Counted from the first letter of the stretch, positions 1 to 13,520 are shown. The stretch is DNA of 64,000 bases from Rhynchobatus australiae (GCA_034780895.1 JAUZTB010000064.1:80413994-80477993); one strand, 5' to 3'. Notes: a model not told the origin generated them from the letters alone. Translations and numbers: made by a program.

Positions 1-904
1 CTTCACCTGTATGTCAAATGCATATCGAAAGGCTTCCATCTGAAACTGGAAGCTGACCTGCAGTTCTCCATGTCACACAGCAGGAAGTAGTAACTGTGGT
101 CTGAAGGAAGATCCACAGTATGAGGGTGAATCATGGAGAGGCAGTCTCATCTGTCTCTTCCCATTAAAGATTGCTGAGGCCAGAGCTTAAGCAGTCCATC
201 ACAACTGAACCTAGTCCTGTCCTTATCCAATATCTGGGCACTTCCTTCCACAGGATGAGTTGCTACGTATCACTTAACAGCTGAAACTCTGAGTAACTTT
301 CCTTGCCCAAAGGCATAGAAGTAATTGAACCAGAGAAATAGTTGTTCCTCATAGTCCCATTAGGCACATAAAATAAAAACCTTTATGGGTCACCTTCTGC
401 CCAAGCTCCTTGACATGGAGTCTAGTGGGAAAGCCATTACTTAATTACTTCTAAGGCCCATGGTCAGATCCAGATCATGTTCCCAAGACCTACTCTGTAC
501 ATTTAAAGGAGGATGTCACCATTTACTTGGGAATGCAATTCTTACACACAAGATCAAAATCATGGACTGCAGAGAGAAAGTGGAAGGTAGATGAGTGGTT
601 CACCACCTTCATTGCCCCCTGCACCCTCTCTCCCAGTTTCCACTACAGAGAGCAGGTGGATGTCATGGAAATGTTGTTTTCATGTCCAGTGGGCCACATG
701 AAGAATGACTATTTAGCTAAGCACCAGGCAATGAATGCCTGCCATGGAAATTATCCCCAGAAGCTCTGGAGCTTTTAGGAAGATAGCGAGAAAGAAGAAA
801 CATTTGAGGAAAAATTAAAATGACCAGCCCAGAGTGTGAGGTTGAAAAGAAATAGTTTGGAAACTCAAAACAGTCTGTAATCTTACTCAAAGTGAAAAAA
901 CCAC

Positions 905-1018
905 CAATGCTGGAAGTGAAATAAAGGCAGAAAATGCTGGAGATATTCAGCAGGTCAAGCAGCATCTGTGGATACAGAAACAGTTATCACTTCAGGTCTT
1001 TGACCATTCATCAGAATC
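905..1018 (-). mobile_element. Penelope-like terminal repeat fragment with degenerate hammerhead motif
   Basis: Matches the recurring AGAAAATGCTGGA..TCAGCAGGTCA.GCAGCATCTGTGGA repeat. Minus strand reads CTGATGA-ATGGTC-AAA-GACCT-GAAG. Confidence 0.7.
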
Positions 1019-1062
1019 CATTCTTACTGATAATCCATATAAGAGTTGTCCTTATTTTACAG

Positions 1063-1140
1063 GATGAAGGCATCACTGACAGGGGTGGTATTCTTTTCCC
1101 AACCCTAATGTGATCTATGTTCCTGTTTGCAAGCACAAAA
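1063..1140 (+). other. Candidate 78-nt non-coding (UTR or poison) exon
   Basis: Acceptor CCTTATTTTACAG| and donor AAA|GTAAGT. Stop codons in all three frames. Confidence 0.25.
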
Positions 1141-2769
1141 GTAAGTGATGGTAAACACTTCTTTACTAAGCTGAGGATTTAAATGAACTTGGGGGTAAGA
1201 CCTTGTCTGATAGTCATGGAACATGCCAGCAAGTAGCCAGCCAGTCTGTAGATCCCAGTGCAGGGTCATTCTGTAAGATGCTGAGGTGTGGAGCTGGATA
1301 GACTTTGTCCAACTCCCTCAGCCATACACCATCCATAACTGGCACACCTAGTGTGGCCCCATTTATTTAAAAGATAAGCTTATGTAAGATTTCTGTTTTC
1401 TTTATTTCAATGTCTAGTTAGGTTTTAATTAATTAACAGCAGTTTTTACATGTTTTAGCAAACCTGACAGAATATTTTTTCTATCTGTTTCCATTTGTCT
1501 CTGATCTTTAGAAATATTTGGAAACACTGAAGTGAACAGTGTGCAAGCTGTCAGAAGGTCAACAAAGTGGCCTGACAGTGGTATCTTTGTTCCCACTCCC
1601 CATGAACTAGTCATCCTTCATCGCCCACTACACCTTGCTGAAAGGCAACACAGTGGTAATGCACTGGGAGCTGTGCAGCTGTTTTAAAAAATTGAATTTA
1701 ATGCAACTGTTGAACCAGTGCAGGGTAGGGTTAGCACAATCCATTTTATTAGAAATACCAAACGATGATTCTCTCACACACATTACAGACATAATGTAAC
1801 AATTCTCAGCAGTTAACTCCCAGCCCCTTTTCCCATGACAGCCCTTCCAAATCAGGGTGCGTTATTGCATAAATGATGTAGCCATTGCAAAAGACACATT
1901 GGAAGGGTGTTTCTTTAAGTAGCTGTAGACATTGCATAATTGATCCAAAGCACTATTTCAATGGCAAATTTTGTTTTGGTTTCCCCCCCTTGAGATCAAA
2001 CCACCAAAATGCTGCCAAAACTCACTGCATTGTCAAAAAATAGAGAACTTCATATCCCAGTGAGGAGTCCATTACACTGCTTCAGCATTAAATGATTTAC
2101 CAGCTAGACTCATAGATCTGCCAGGGAGTATCCATTAATAGTACCAGATATGACAATTACCAGATAACCAGTGGATACCATGCTGTTGCTACTGGTATTC
2201 ATTGTTTTCATTTTCAAAGAACCAAGACAATTGAAAGGGAAATGTTCCCCTGGAATTTATCTGCCATTTTATGGTTTGTTTTGCTAGATTGCTGTTGTAC
2301 AGTGGGAGGATATGTAGAAAATTGGTCTTAATAATTCTGTGTGCATTTTATTGAGGAAGTTAGTTGGCTTAGGGAATCCTACTGAAGGATAGGATTCCAG
2401 CAGCACAGCGCTTGTCTGCTGCTCTTTTTTTCAGTCACGTACTTTGTAGTCAAAGACGGACAATAAAATGTTTCAATAAAATCAGGTGCACACTACAAAG
2501 TGCATTGCAAATGGAATTCTTAGAATATTATATGGCATCTTAGACCTGCTGGCTTACACAGATCCCTGACTCTTTTTCAGATGCCTCTGCAGGTCCAATC
2601 CCCCCTCTTTTTAGTTTCTTCATCCCTACACCCTTCAGTTCAAAGATTCTGCCCTGCTCTGGAGAGCTCTCCCCACTTTCCTCACCCAACCAATTGAGAG
2701 ATGGGAGTTAGACCCCTAGAACTTGCTCTCTATTGAACTTCTCCACCTTCTCACTCTTCCTTCAGCCGG

Positions 2770-2952
2770 AGTCTTATTTCACTGTCCCGATGGAGGCAAC
2801 AGACTCCTTGGCTGTATTTGAAGAAGAGTGTATCTTCCTCAGTGTTACCCAATAGCATCAAAAGGTGGCTGTCTGTGGACCTTTGGCCAGATTGGCTGCC
2901 ATAACTTAACACCAATGACTGCAATTAAATACTGAATCAGTTGTGAAGCACA
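2770..2952 (+). mobile_element. Old DeuSINE (SacSINE1-like) fragment
   Basis: TATTTGAAGAAGAG..., GCTGTCTGTGG..., ATTGGCTGCC and CAATGACTGCA are colinear with the copy at 20270-20592. Confidence 0.5.
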
Positions 2953-4021
2953 ATAGAATATCCCAAGAACATCAAAAGCTACTGTATAAATGCAAGGAAA
3001 TTCTATTGACGTTCTTATCACCTTGGGTGCACATTATTTGTATTGGGAAATTGTTACCTTGGGCCTTCTGCCCACTCCCTGATAATTTCACACAGATATG
3101 GAGGTGGTCAAAGCGCACATTCTGAAGGGCACCTCCTAGCATGTCATACCCATTTCCCAAACATCCAGTAGTGAACCAGGCAAATGCAGCTCAATGGGAC
3201 ATAAAGAAATGGATCCTTTTAAAGGACAATATGTAGCTCCCACCTTTNNNNNNNNNNNNNNNNNNNNNNNNNNNNNNNNNNNNNNNNNNNNNNNNNNNNN
3301 NNNNNNNNNNNNNNNNNNNNNTGGGAGTGTTTTCTGGCAGCCAGGCCCGTATAATTGTTCAGACTGAACAGGTGAGGACTGAGGGATATGAAACTTTAAA
3401 ATATAAAGTTAATTTCTATGAATATCATGGAACTTGTCTGCATCTCCCTTCAATTAAATTCCAACTTCTTCCATTGTGGCAGAAATCCCCAGCTAATTCT
3501 GGGAGGCCATCTCCTGTATATACGTCACAGCAGGCAAAAGATTGGCTGGGGGTCAGGGGCAAAAGTGGTGACGGGGAGCCTAAAGCCTGCAGGTTGTTCT
3601 TGAATCAGGTTATGTCACAGACTCTCAATTGGTAATAAAGAACCCAGAAGCAACAGAGCTACAGATTTATCTTAATGTTGATGCTCTCCCTTGGAGGAAA
3701 GCAGATGGTTTGGACTTGGTGGTGTTTGATTTTCCATGAGAGCTGGATATAAGGATACTATCATCAACACAGAAAAACCAAGTCCATAAAGGTTTAAAAT
3801 TTGCTGAATATAATTGACATCAGGAAGCAATATTCAGCTATTCACTTTTGTAGTTGTATTCTAGTGGTCTCAAAAATATTTCAGCAGTCTCAAAAGCAGT
3901 GCATCAGTTTTGTAACAAGATACCATATTTTTACATACTCTTATTCAGCTTGCATTAAAAAAAAGTTGCCAAATCACTTTGTCCAGATGTGTACTTCAAA
4001 TAGATTTTTATGACTTTTTTA

Positions 4022-4350
4022 ATTTGGTCAGGGGACGTGGACAATGCTGGCAAGGACAGCATTTATTGCTCATTCCTAATGGTCCTTGAACTAGTGGTTT
4101 GCTGGACCACTTCATAAGTGAGTGAAGGGCAATCAACGGTGAATGACATCCAGTTCGGATTTCGGATTTCCTTTCCTGAAGGACATCTTTTAACTGGCTG
4201 ACATTTTACAGCAATCTGGTAGTTACCACTACTGATACTAATTATTCCATTCCAGAGTTTTATTTAATTGATAATATTTAAAGTCCCCTGTCATAGTGGT
4301 GAGATTTGATCACATGGCCAAGCCTCTCTTATTAATCCAGTAATTAAAGC
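4022..4350 (-). mobile_element. SINE with a CR1-group LINE-type 3' tail
   Basis: GCTGGCAAGGACAGCATTTATTGCTCATTCCTAATGGTCCTTGA tail is shared with 27200 and 45062. Reverse complement resembles 34030-34362. Confidence 0.6.
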
Positions 4351-5944
4351 ATAATTTACTATTCTTGACACCTGAGCATTGTGATGTGAATTGAGGTATG
4401 GTAATTTCTGTGCTCTTTGGTGAATATGTATAGAATAAAACTGCCAAAGCAGCATTTCAAGTCACAATCTGTACAGAGCTTGAGATGATGCATTCTTCCA
4501 TTAACGTACATCACTGACCTAAAGCAAAATGAATTATACTTTAAGATTCCTTCAAATCCTGCAGATAATCAAGGCCATGACACCAGTAAATCTACTCTGG
4601 TGGTTTAGATTGCTATGACCATCCTTTGCCTGGTGGTTATGCTGCTTTTTCTGGCTGAGATTAAGATAGACTTCCTGTCACTTCATAATTTTCATAACTC
4701 CCTCTATGGAAATGTTAGGCTTCCTAGTTTTTTTGCCTGTCTGTATTCAAAGAGCTGCTTGTGCTTTCTGAAAAACACTCCACTTTTCTCCACTTGAATT
4801 TAAATGCCAAGATTGTCTTTTTGTTCCACTGTCTGATTGCCCTGTGGCCCAGTATTACGTGCTGCATTTTTCACTGTGTATAGGCAGGCATATCAAATTA
4901 TATATTTAATTAACACGAAGGTCAGAAGGTTGGTGAGGACAAGGGACAGCTGGAGGAAAAGCAAAGAAAAAAATATACTGAGTTCCTGCCTTTGATTTCA
5001 GCTGGACTGTCTCTTCCTCAGCCTTGCTGAGATCTCTGGGTTCTGCCATGTTTCCCTTGCCCTTTTTGTCTCAGGAAAAATATCAGGGTCACAGACATTG
5101 GAGTGATCCTGGTCTCACATTGTTTCAGAGGCAGAGGAGGGTTTTAAATTTCAATGACATTTTATTTTTTTGTACATCAAACTTCAGCTTCTCAGGAGAT
5201 AACTGAGGAGACGTTGTTGCTTCAGGCTTCTTACCTCCCTGGAAGCAAGCTTCCCCATGCCATTGGACAACAGTACTGGGAGCCAATAGAAGCACAGAAG
5301 CCAGATTGAATCTGAGATCCATTGCATGGGCAGGATTTCAACCAGAAGACCTGTTTCTGTCGCACCTTCACACCCTTTTCAGAACATCCTTATTTATACA
5401 TATTTTCAAGGGTTATCATTTAATTTGAGCACTGCAAGCTTTCAAAAACAGCATTTTAATATTGACCAGATATATTACTTAGCTTAGAAATATTGGGGAT
5501 TGGAAATATTGGGGAAACTGGGGATAATTCCTCTGCTGTTCTTCAGTATTTTGTTCACCTGCCAAAGTAGAAAACCTTTGCCAGAGTAACTTTTCCTTTA
5601 GAACAATTCCATTGTAAAGGTACATGTGCTTTTGAATGTGGACTGTGGCATTGGGAGTTATGACTGGAGCATTGTTTTTAGAAACTTATGCCAGATGTCA
5701 AATGTGAACAGGGCACATCAATCAGTCAACTGAATGCTTTTGGGGGAATTGCGAACAAGACAATGGTCGTGCACTTTTGTCTGGTGTTCTGTTTGATCCA
5801 ATTTCACAAAGTAAATCCCACTGGCATAACTGACAACTGGACTTGTCGATCAGGTCAGTGAGCATCTGGTCAACAGTTCAGATGGTTCCATTCCAATGGT
5901 ACTGTACTAGCAGGTTCAGGATAACAATACAAAATCACGGCCTA

Positions 5945-6258
5945 GACAATTAAAGGTGAACAAGGAGGAACTATTACCATTTGCAGAAGGGTCTTGAACC
6001 AGAGGCTATTGATTTAGTGACCAGCAAAAAAACCAGTGATTTGAGGAAATGCTTTTGCATGCAGTGTGCAGTTATGGATCTCACTGTCTGAAATGATGGT
6101 TGAGAGGTTCAACTTTTCAAAAGGAAATCAGACAGATACAAAGAGAATTAAAATGCACCTCAAGTGAGAGCTAGTGTATGGAATTGACTGGGATTGCCTT
6201 GCAGAGTGTTATTATGGGCACAAATGGCCTCCTTTTGCTCTGTAAAGATTCTATGATG
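5945..6258 (+). mobile_element. CR1 (HER1-like) LINE 3' end
   Basis: Decayed ORF2 C-terminal region ending AAATGGCCTCCTTTTGCTCTGTAAAGATTCTATGAT, a typical shark CR1 tail. Confidence 0.6.
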
Positions 6259-6317
6259 TAATTGATTAACATTATGATGAATGGATTACTAGTTATCTAA
6301 TAAAAGATGGTTTTAAA

Positions 6318-6564
6318 TTTTTTTTAAGTTTATTTACAGCATGGTAACAGGCCCTTCCAGCCCAACGAGTCCACGCCACCCATTTTAAACCCATGTTAAC
6401 CTACCCATACGTCTTTGGAATGTGGGAGGAAACTGGAGCACCCGGTGGAAACCCATGCAGACATGGGAGAACTTACAAACTCCTTACAGACAGCAATGGG
6501 AATCGAACCCCAATCACTGGCACTGTAATAGTGTTGCACTAACCGCTACGCTACCGTACCACCC
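6318..6564 (-). mobile_element. tRNA-derived V-SINE (HE1-like), near full length
   Basis: B box (GGAATCGAACC on +), V-domain TGTGGGAGGAAACTGGAGCACCCGG..GAAACCCA, CR1-type tail. Highly similar to 17062-17313 and 28415-28647. Confidence 0.85.
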
Positions 6565-7104
6565 CTAGCGATGCATTCCTGTCATTGCATAGTAAAACCT
6601 GTTGTTACTGGAACTGGGGTTATCCAATTCTTAGTTTTAGCAAAAGTAGAACACACGACAGTGGGTAACAAAGAATAGGCAGTATCACATCAGTTGTCTG
6701 TTGCATATCCAGCCTGATGATTGATTGATGAATGGAAATGACAGAGGGAGAATATGCTATCAAAGGAATACCTTTGATCTTCTACCACCAAGACAGATTT
6801 AATCTTAAACATAACAACCAAAAATCAACACCCTTAAGTCAGAAAGGAAAGAAGTGAGAGTTTGTAAGAAATCCTCTGCAGTACTGCTCTCTGGAATGCA
6901 TCTGTACTCATACAGGTATATAAGAGCAATTCACTATTGATTATAATTTGGATATGAAGGGAGCAAATGGTGATTTCCAAGCCCATGCTGTTAGCCTGTC
7001 TGAAACAACCTTTCATGTCACATGATGGCATCTGAGGGGAGAAGGATGTTAAACACACACTGGTACAGACCACAATAACTCTACAATCTGGCATCAGCAG
7101 CGTG

Positions 7105-7380
7105 GGCTTCAGATCCCTTCAGTGGGTTGATGAACAAAAGGGTGTCATTACCATCCCTGTTTACCTTTCACCTTCATTCCTTTTCTCATTTAGGGTCTCC
7201 CACCTTCTACCCTGTCACGGATTTTACTTTTTGTTCTCTCCTTTCTTTTCTACTGTTTTCCTTTTGTCTTTAAAACTTGTTGCAATTCTACCTGTTCCCT
7301 GTTCTGATGAAAGGGCATCAACCTGAAATGTTTGTTTTTCCCTCTTCACAGATGCTTACTGAGCATTTTCTGTTCTTTAT
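7105..7380 (+). mobile_element. Penelope-like 3' region with hammerhead core
   Basis: Pyrimidine-rich stretch, then CTGATGA(7304-7310)-AAGG-GCATCAA-CCT-GAAA(7325-7328) and the CACAGATGCT...GAGCATTTTCTG repeat. Confidence 0.6.
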
Positions 7381-7489
7381 GCCAAGAACTATTCCTTGCT
7401 TCATACCTTTGTGGCCTGTTACATTCATTTCCTCTAAGAAGGGATGAACCTATCCACTAATGACCTAATACAAGGGAGTTTGTTCTTCT

Positions 7490-7800
7490 TTATTCCATTC
7501 CTTAAAATGAATGCTCCTCCATCAGGAGGTCCCTTTGGATACAAATGCTGTATTGTAGGAAATGGGCAGCCAATCCTCTGGATAGCTGGATCCCACAACA
7601 TCAATGTAATAATGACTGGATAGTGTTTTAATGATTTTGAATAAGGAATCAATAAAGGTCAGCACACAGTGGTGGGGGTGGTTCTGGCATGTTCTTTGAA
7701 ATATTCCCTTTGGATCTTTTGCATTCATCTAAGAGCAGCCTGGACTTCGATTTAACAAGACAATGCCTCCATCATAGCAGTACTCCTCCAGCAATGGGCT
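7490..7800 (-). mobile_element. DeuSINE (SacSINE1-like)
   Basis: Reverse complement of Deu-domain landmarks: TTGTAGGAAATGGGCAGCCAAT, GATCCCACAACA, GGATCTTTTGCATTCATCTAAGAG. Confidence 0.6.
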
Positions 7801-8224
7801 GAAGTTGCACTTCTGTAATCAATTTTCAAGTCAACTGATATTCCAGTCCTAACCAAAAACAGTGATTACATCGTTTTATTGCTGTGTTGTTTGTTGTTTT
7901 TCCTTTGGATCTCAGTCAGAGACTGCTGGGTTTTAAGGCCATTTTCCATATGTTGTACATGCATGGAAATTGTGACTTGTGTTGAGATAAGCTTTTCCTT
8001 ATGGGCAGAACAGTCTCTTGCTGCAAGCAGCAATGGTTTCAATTAAGCCCAAACTCGCATCCTCTTTGGGAGATGAATCTTCTAAGTTCCCTCACAGAAG
8101 GTTCTGAAGATTATTAGAGAATGATGTTATTAATCACAGTCCCAAATTAATAAAATATATTCTATTCCTGAACTTCATATCATTGAGAATTTTACTTTTA
8201 CTTATTGGAATATTTCTACATCTT

Positions 8225-8682
8225 CCAAAAAAAATAACCCCATAAATTAAACTAGAGGAACAGCACCTCATCTTCCCATTCGACTCAATGCTGAATACAA
8301 CAATTTCAGGCAATCATCCTCCTCAATCTGATATCACATTTTCAGTATTCAGATCTCTTTTCACCCCCCTCCCCAGAAGACTTCAGATCTCTTTTGCTGT
8401 CTCTTCATCACAACCCCTCTGGACAAACCTTTACCATCTATTTTTGGTCAGCAACATTTGCCACTCCGTCTTCACCCCATTACAGACCTTTAACTTCCTT
8501 CTCTCTGTGCCCCTCCCCTTTCTCTTCAATTCTTCGATCTCTAACAGTCCCCAATTCTGAAGAAGGTCATGGATCTGAGAAGTTAAGTCTGTTTCTGCTG
8601 CCACAGATGTGGCTTGGCCTGTTGAATATTTCCAGCACTACTCCTTTTTAATTTGAGATTTCTAGCATCTTCAGTTTTTGTT
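8225..8682 (+). mobile_element. Penelope-like element 3' end (GIY-YIG endonuclease C-terminus plus terminal repeat)
   Basis: AAACTAGAGGAACAGCACCTCATCTTC encodes KLEEQHLIF, followed by LNAEYNNFR, as in PLE ORF ends. Then CTGAAGA-AGGTC-ATG-GATCT at 8557 and the common terminal repeat. Confidence 0.75.
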
Positions 8683-8991
8683 TTTGGCTAATATTCAGGT
8701 GTTTCTCGTGCACTCTCATCAGCTAATATAAGGAGAACCGTGAGCAGCTGCAGATTTTCGGGTTTCTTCCGTCATCACCACGTGCTTACTCTGGGCCAGA
8801 ACTCTCAGATTTATGAATAAAGTACAAATTTGCTTCCAGTGATCTAGGCATCTGGATCATACAAAGGCAAACCAGCCCAAACTCTCAGTGAGGCCCTGAA
8901 TGGCAAAAGTGATCATGTGGAGGTATAGCAGGGGAGGGGTTTGCTGGGGGTACTAAGGGATGTGTGGGGGAAGGGTGTAGAATAAGCCCCA

Positions 8992-9925
8992 GAATCAGGT
9001 TTATTATCACCGACTTGTATGTCATGAAATTGCTTGTTTAGCAGNNNNNNNNNNNNNNNNNNNNNNNNNNNNNNNNNNNNNNNNNNNNNNNNNNNNNNNN
9101 NNNNNNNNNNNNNNNNNNNNNNNNNNNNNNNNNNNNNNNNNNNNNNNNNNNNNNNNNNNNNNNNNNNNNNNNNNNNNNNNNNNNNNNNNNNNNNNNNNNN
9201 NNNNNATGGCAGAGGGGAAGAAGCTGTTCCTAAATTGTTGAGTGTGGGTCTTCAGGCTCCTGTACCTCATATCCCGGATGGTGAGGGTCCTTAGTGATGG
9301 GTGCTGCCTTCTTGAGGCACCACCTCTTGAAGATGTCCTCGATGGTGGTGTGGGTTGTGCCTGTGATAGAGGCAGCTGAGTCTACAACCCTCCGCAGCCT
9401 TTTTCAATCCTCCACATTGGAGCCTCCATACCAGGCAGTGATGCAACCAGTCAGAATGCTCTCCACCATACATCAGCAGAAATTTGCAAGAGTCTGCAGC
9501 AACATACCAAATCTCAAACTCTGAAGTAGAGACACTAGTATGCCTTCCTTGTGATTGCATCAATGTGTCAGGCCCAAGATTGAGATGGTGATGCCCAGGA
9601 ACTTGATACTGCTCACCCTTTCCACTGCTGACCCCTCAATGAGTACTGGTGTGTGTTCTCCTGACTTCCCCTTCCTGAAGTCCACAACCAATTCCTTGGT
9701 CTTGCTGAAGTTGAGTGCGAGGTTATTGTTGTGACATCTCTCAACCAGCTGATCAATCTCACGCTTATATGCCTCCTCGTCACTATCTGAGATCTACCAA
9801 CAACAGCAGGGTCATCGGCAAACTTAGATGGCATTTGAGCTGTGCTTAGCCACAGTCATGAGTGTAGAGAGTAGAGAAGTGGGCTAAGTATGCATCCTTG
9901 AGGTGCGCCTGTGTTGATTGTCAGA
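8992..9925 (-). mobile_element. Rex/Babar-type LINE 3' fragment (reverse-transcriptase pseudogene), spans an N gap
   Basis: KFADD RT motif in ORF 9613-9834; other frames give KTKELVVDFRKG and AVERVS. C-terminal RYRSLKTHTQQFRNSFFPSA; GATAATAAACCTGATTCT tail. Confidence 0.85.
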
Positions 9926-10146
9926 TGGAGCACAATAAGGTGGAGAAACATTGGCAGTGATTCAAACATCCTCTAATTTAGTCAGAACTGAGCATTTTTA
10001 AAAGCACATTTAAGAACAACCAAAAACTATAAACATTTTAGGCTCTTAAAAAATTTATTGATGGTAAAACAATGTTTCTCTAATACTGACTGAAAATCAC
10101 ACTAAAGGTCAAGATCTTTCATTGCAAGGTTAACAAACCAGTGTCA

Positions 10147-11359
10147 GATTTCCCCATGCAATGCCACGTTGAAATTGGCATTGTCAGTTTCAGTGGCATT
10201 CACCATTGAATAACTGGAAGTTCATGCAGCCACCAACATTTACCATGGCAGATGCAATCTCAGCAGCCAGCTCAAAGGGACAAAACCCAATATAAGCCAC
10301 GCCCTATCAGCTAGAGGACTGTAGGCACTGTATGAAAAGATGCTGCAATGATGGAGGAGAAATGGGTTGGGGCTTCCAGGGAGGGTGGAGGAACTGGATT
10401 CACTTTGAGCAAGGGAGTCACAGATTCCCTCTTGGGCTGTAGTCAGGCATTCCTGGCAAGGAGGTTTCTGCAGGGACCAGACTAGTCGATGATTGCCTGG
10501 ACCTTGGAGAGGCCTATGATGAATGTCCTCTTTGCCTTCTGTTGGTTGAATAGACAGTCGATGAAGTCTCCCAATCTGCAGAATTTAGGTGACCTCCCTA
10601 ATGCAGCAATGAGCAACCAAACCTCAAGTGGCAGTGATCAGCCTGAAATAATTCTGAGTCCAGGAAGCTGGGAGTGACCATAGTCCAGATCTCCAGGGGT
10701 AAAGCAGTCCATGTACACAGGTGAGGTTGTATTAGAGATTGTAGGAGGTTATAGATCTCATTGAGGACAAAGAATGCAGTTTGAGCTTGGCTCTGAAAAT
10801 AGCATGGAATTAGGGGAGTCAAAGTTAAAGTGGATTGTTCCATGCTTAACTCAGAACTGTTGCTTTTCATACCTGTGAGGCTGAAATTGTGACTGGACAA
10901 ACTTTATGCATCACTAAGTTTTCATCATTTTGGATAGTTTTATACCATAAAAAGGTACAAGGGCAAATGAAAATCCTTCTGTAATATCACAGATGAATTC
11001 CATGATAGTTACTAAGGTGCTAAGAAATGGTTAAGAAATTTCAACAGTACAGCATTGCTTTTTAGGAATTGTGCCTGGATAGCTTGGCCTTTGTTTACTT
11101 AATCCTTTTTTAAAAAAAAAGATTTTAAAGTATTCAATCAATTGCAAAATATTGGAGTCCTTGGCAGACATTCCCCTGCATTGTATAGAATGGGGGCATC
11201 ACTACCTGTGCCAAGTCCTGGACTGTTGTACTGGTTCCCCACTAAGTTGTAGGGAATCTCCATGACTTTTTTATAACACCAGACCACAGCTGACAAAACA
11301 CAACCAAACTAAGGACCATAACTTTGGGGCCCATGCTCACGTGGGGAAACATGGAAATC
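10147..11359 (-). mobile_element. Decayed PIF/Harbinger transposon (HARBI1-like transposase remnant at about 10330-10830)
   Basis: Minus-strand EIYNLLQSLIQP..TALPLEIW..SFLDSELFQA and GLSKVQAIID* resemble Harbinger LQP..ALPV..NFYASGSFQ and GFP.VQG.ID motifs. Outer limits rest on weak inverted ends only. Confidence 0.6.
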
Positions 11360-12859
11360 ACAAAACTGCTTATTTGTAAGACAGGGTCAGCAATTTCTCC
11401 AATGCTTTCCTGCAAGTCTCCTGCACTAATTTAATAAAATTGAAAATACATAACTTAGTATTCTGATATATTTTACAGAAGGGCAAATGGAAACTCCAAG
11501 ATGGGAACAGAATATACAATATTAAAGAAATAATGAACAAATAGAAAGAAGCAAAAAGCATGGTGAGGTATAGTCACATAGTAGCAATGAATGCAGCTCT
11601 TTGAGGATTTCTAGGGCTCCATTGATTTTTTTCTGAAAGCTAAAATTATACACTGAGGCCCTTGTTTAATTTTTTTGTGATATAAATGCACTTTTATCTT
11701 GTAGGTGTTTCATCTTGNNNNNNNNNNNNNNNNNNNNNNNNNNNNNNNNNNNNNNNNNNNNNNNNNNNNNNNNNNNNNNNNNNNNNNNNNNNNNNNNNNN
11801 NNNNNNNNNNNNNNNNNTCATCTTGCATCTCCATGCTCTGGCTACCTTGCCTTTCTCATCATGCTATTGTCTGTGTTTTCTCTTTGATTTTGTCCACTGC
11901 TCTTTTCCTTCTGGCTTGAAATATTTGCAAAGGTCAGGGCAGTGGGACAAAGTAGTAAACAGGCTCCCGGCAGCTGAGGGAACAGTACTTCTGTTGCTGA
12001 GAATTTAGACAGGTCTCACCACTTCCATCACACAATCTCCCTACCACTGCAATGCCTCTCCCTCTCCCCCACCACCTCTGTCTGTTTACCTTTCTCTCTG
12101 TCTCTCTTCCCTCATGACAGATGAGGCATATGTGTGAAGTGCAGACTCTGGTGTAAGTGGGGCAGGAAGTGTTTGACAGGACAGGTGGTTTGTTTGCGAG
12201 GCTCTGTATGCATTATGCTGTTTCGCTTGACCTCACTATATGCTCATTGAAGACACTTTCTTAGTGCCTTCCTGAATCTCCATTTTGGTCAGTCACGGAT
12301 CTGGGATTCCTGTGGGTTGGTGAGGATCTTTCAGTTTTTTGGTGGAGATGGCCTCTTGGTATCTTCTCCGCACTTTGAAGTAGCCAATCCATGTCCCTGC
12401 AGCATACCGGAGGGCGGGATTTACTGTTGCCCGATAGGCTCTGAACTTTATGCTGAAGTTAAGTCTTGATTTTCAAACACCCTTTTCCTCAGATAGCCAA
12501 AGGCTGTTCTGGAGGACTGGACACAGAAGTAATTTTATCATCTAGAACACTTTTCATTAAGTGGTGGCTCCTAAAAATAATGAGAATCACATTTTACTAG
12601 GGTCTTACTATGCTACTTTATTTTCAAGACCAAAGCATTGCAGGCAGATGGGTTTGTCGAGAACCTTTGTCTTATCTGTTCCTTCGTAATCTTCAGTGAA
12701 CGAGTCAACCCTAACTAGGAGCTCAGCCCCAAAGTGGGTACCTCTGCATTTGCTTACTGCAGCTTGTTGGCTGAGTTTGGGGTGACCATGGTTCTGGAGC
12801 AGAGGCAATGAAGATTGAGCAATACCTCATTTGTTTTCTGAATATCCAGCGAGCAGCTT

Positions 12860-13520
12860 GTTGGGGTGATGTGCATCATTGCAGTGAGAGACAGAGGAAA
12901 GGATTGGGATAATGACAACCTTGCTGGACCCCAAGCTGTACTGAGATTGAGTCTGTTGGAATTACACTTTACATGTCATTGTGCAGCAGACCAATAGAGA
13001 AGCTAGTTTTTCAGGGCAGGCAAATTTGAGATTGATTCTCCCTCAATTTACAGGGTCAAAGGCTATTGTGAGGGTGTAAAAGGTTGCCTACAAGATTAAT
13101 GATGCTCCCTGTGATTTGTCATATTCCCACTTCATGAAGATCATGTTCATTATTCCTCCCAATGGAAAGAATCTGTCTTGGTAGTGGGGCCAAGACTTCA
13201 GTCACTGTGGAGATAACAGGAGAACCCTTGTGGTGATATTCTCCTTAGCAGAAAGCATGGAGCCCTTTCTAGAGGTAACGTAATCAGATTTGTCTCCTTC
13301 CTTGAAGACAGTCACAATTGCAGTATAGCTCAAGTCCCCTAGATTGTCCTCTCTCCCTGGTGTGGGATATGAGCCTGTGAATTCATGCCAGAAGTTCCCC
13401 ATCCCTATGTTTTAGAACTTCAGCATGAATGCCCTCTACTCCAGAGGCCTTGTAGTTTCTCGGCTGTCCTGTGTATTGTACAGCTCTCAGTAGACTGATA
13501 TTAATCCTCACGAATCTCCA
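12860..13520 (-). mobile_element. RTE-clade LINE fragment
   Basis: ORF 13202-13402 DLSYTAIVTVFKEGDKSDYVTSRKGSMLSAKENITTRVLL resembles the RTE IVTIFKKGDKSDCGNYRGISLLS region. Upstream KASGVEGIHAEVLKH. Confidence 0.75.

Noticed and set aside
130-330. Possible ancient SINE remnant
   Set aside because: Similarity is too faint to name a family without a database.
8690-11710. Additional AG|GT junctions at about 8698 and 11704
   Set aside because: The reconstituted donors (GTGTTT) are poor, and the first borrows its tract from a Penelope repeat.
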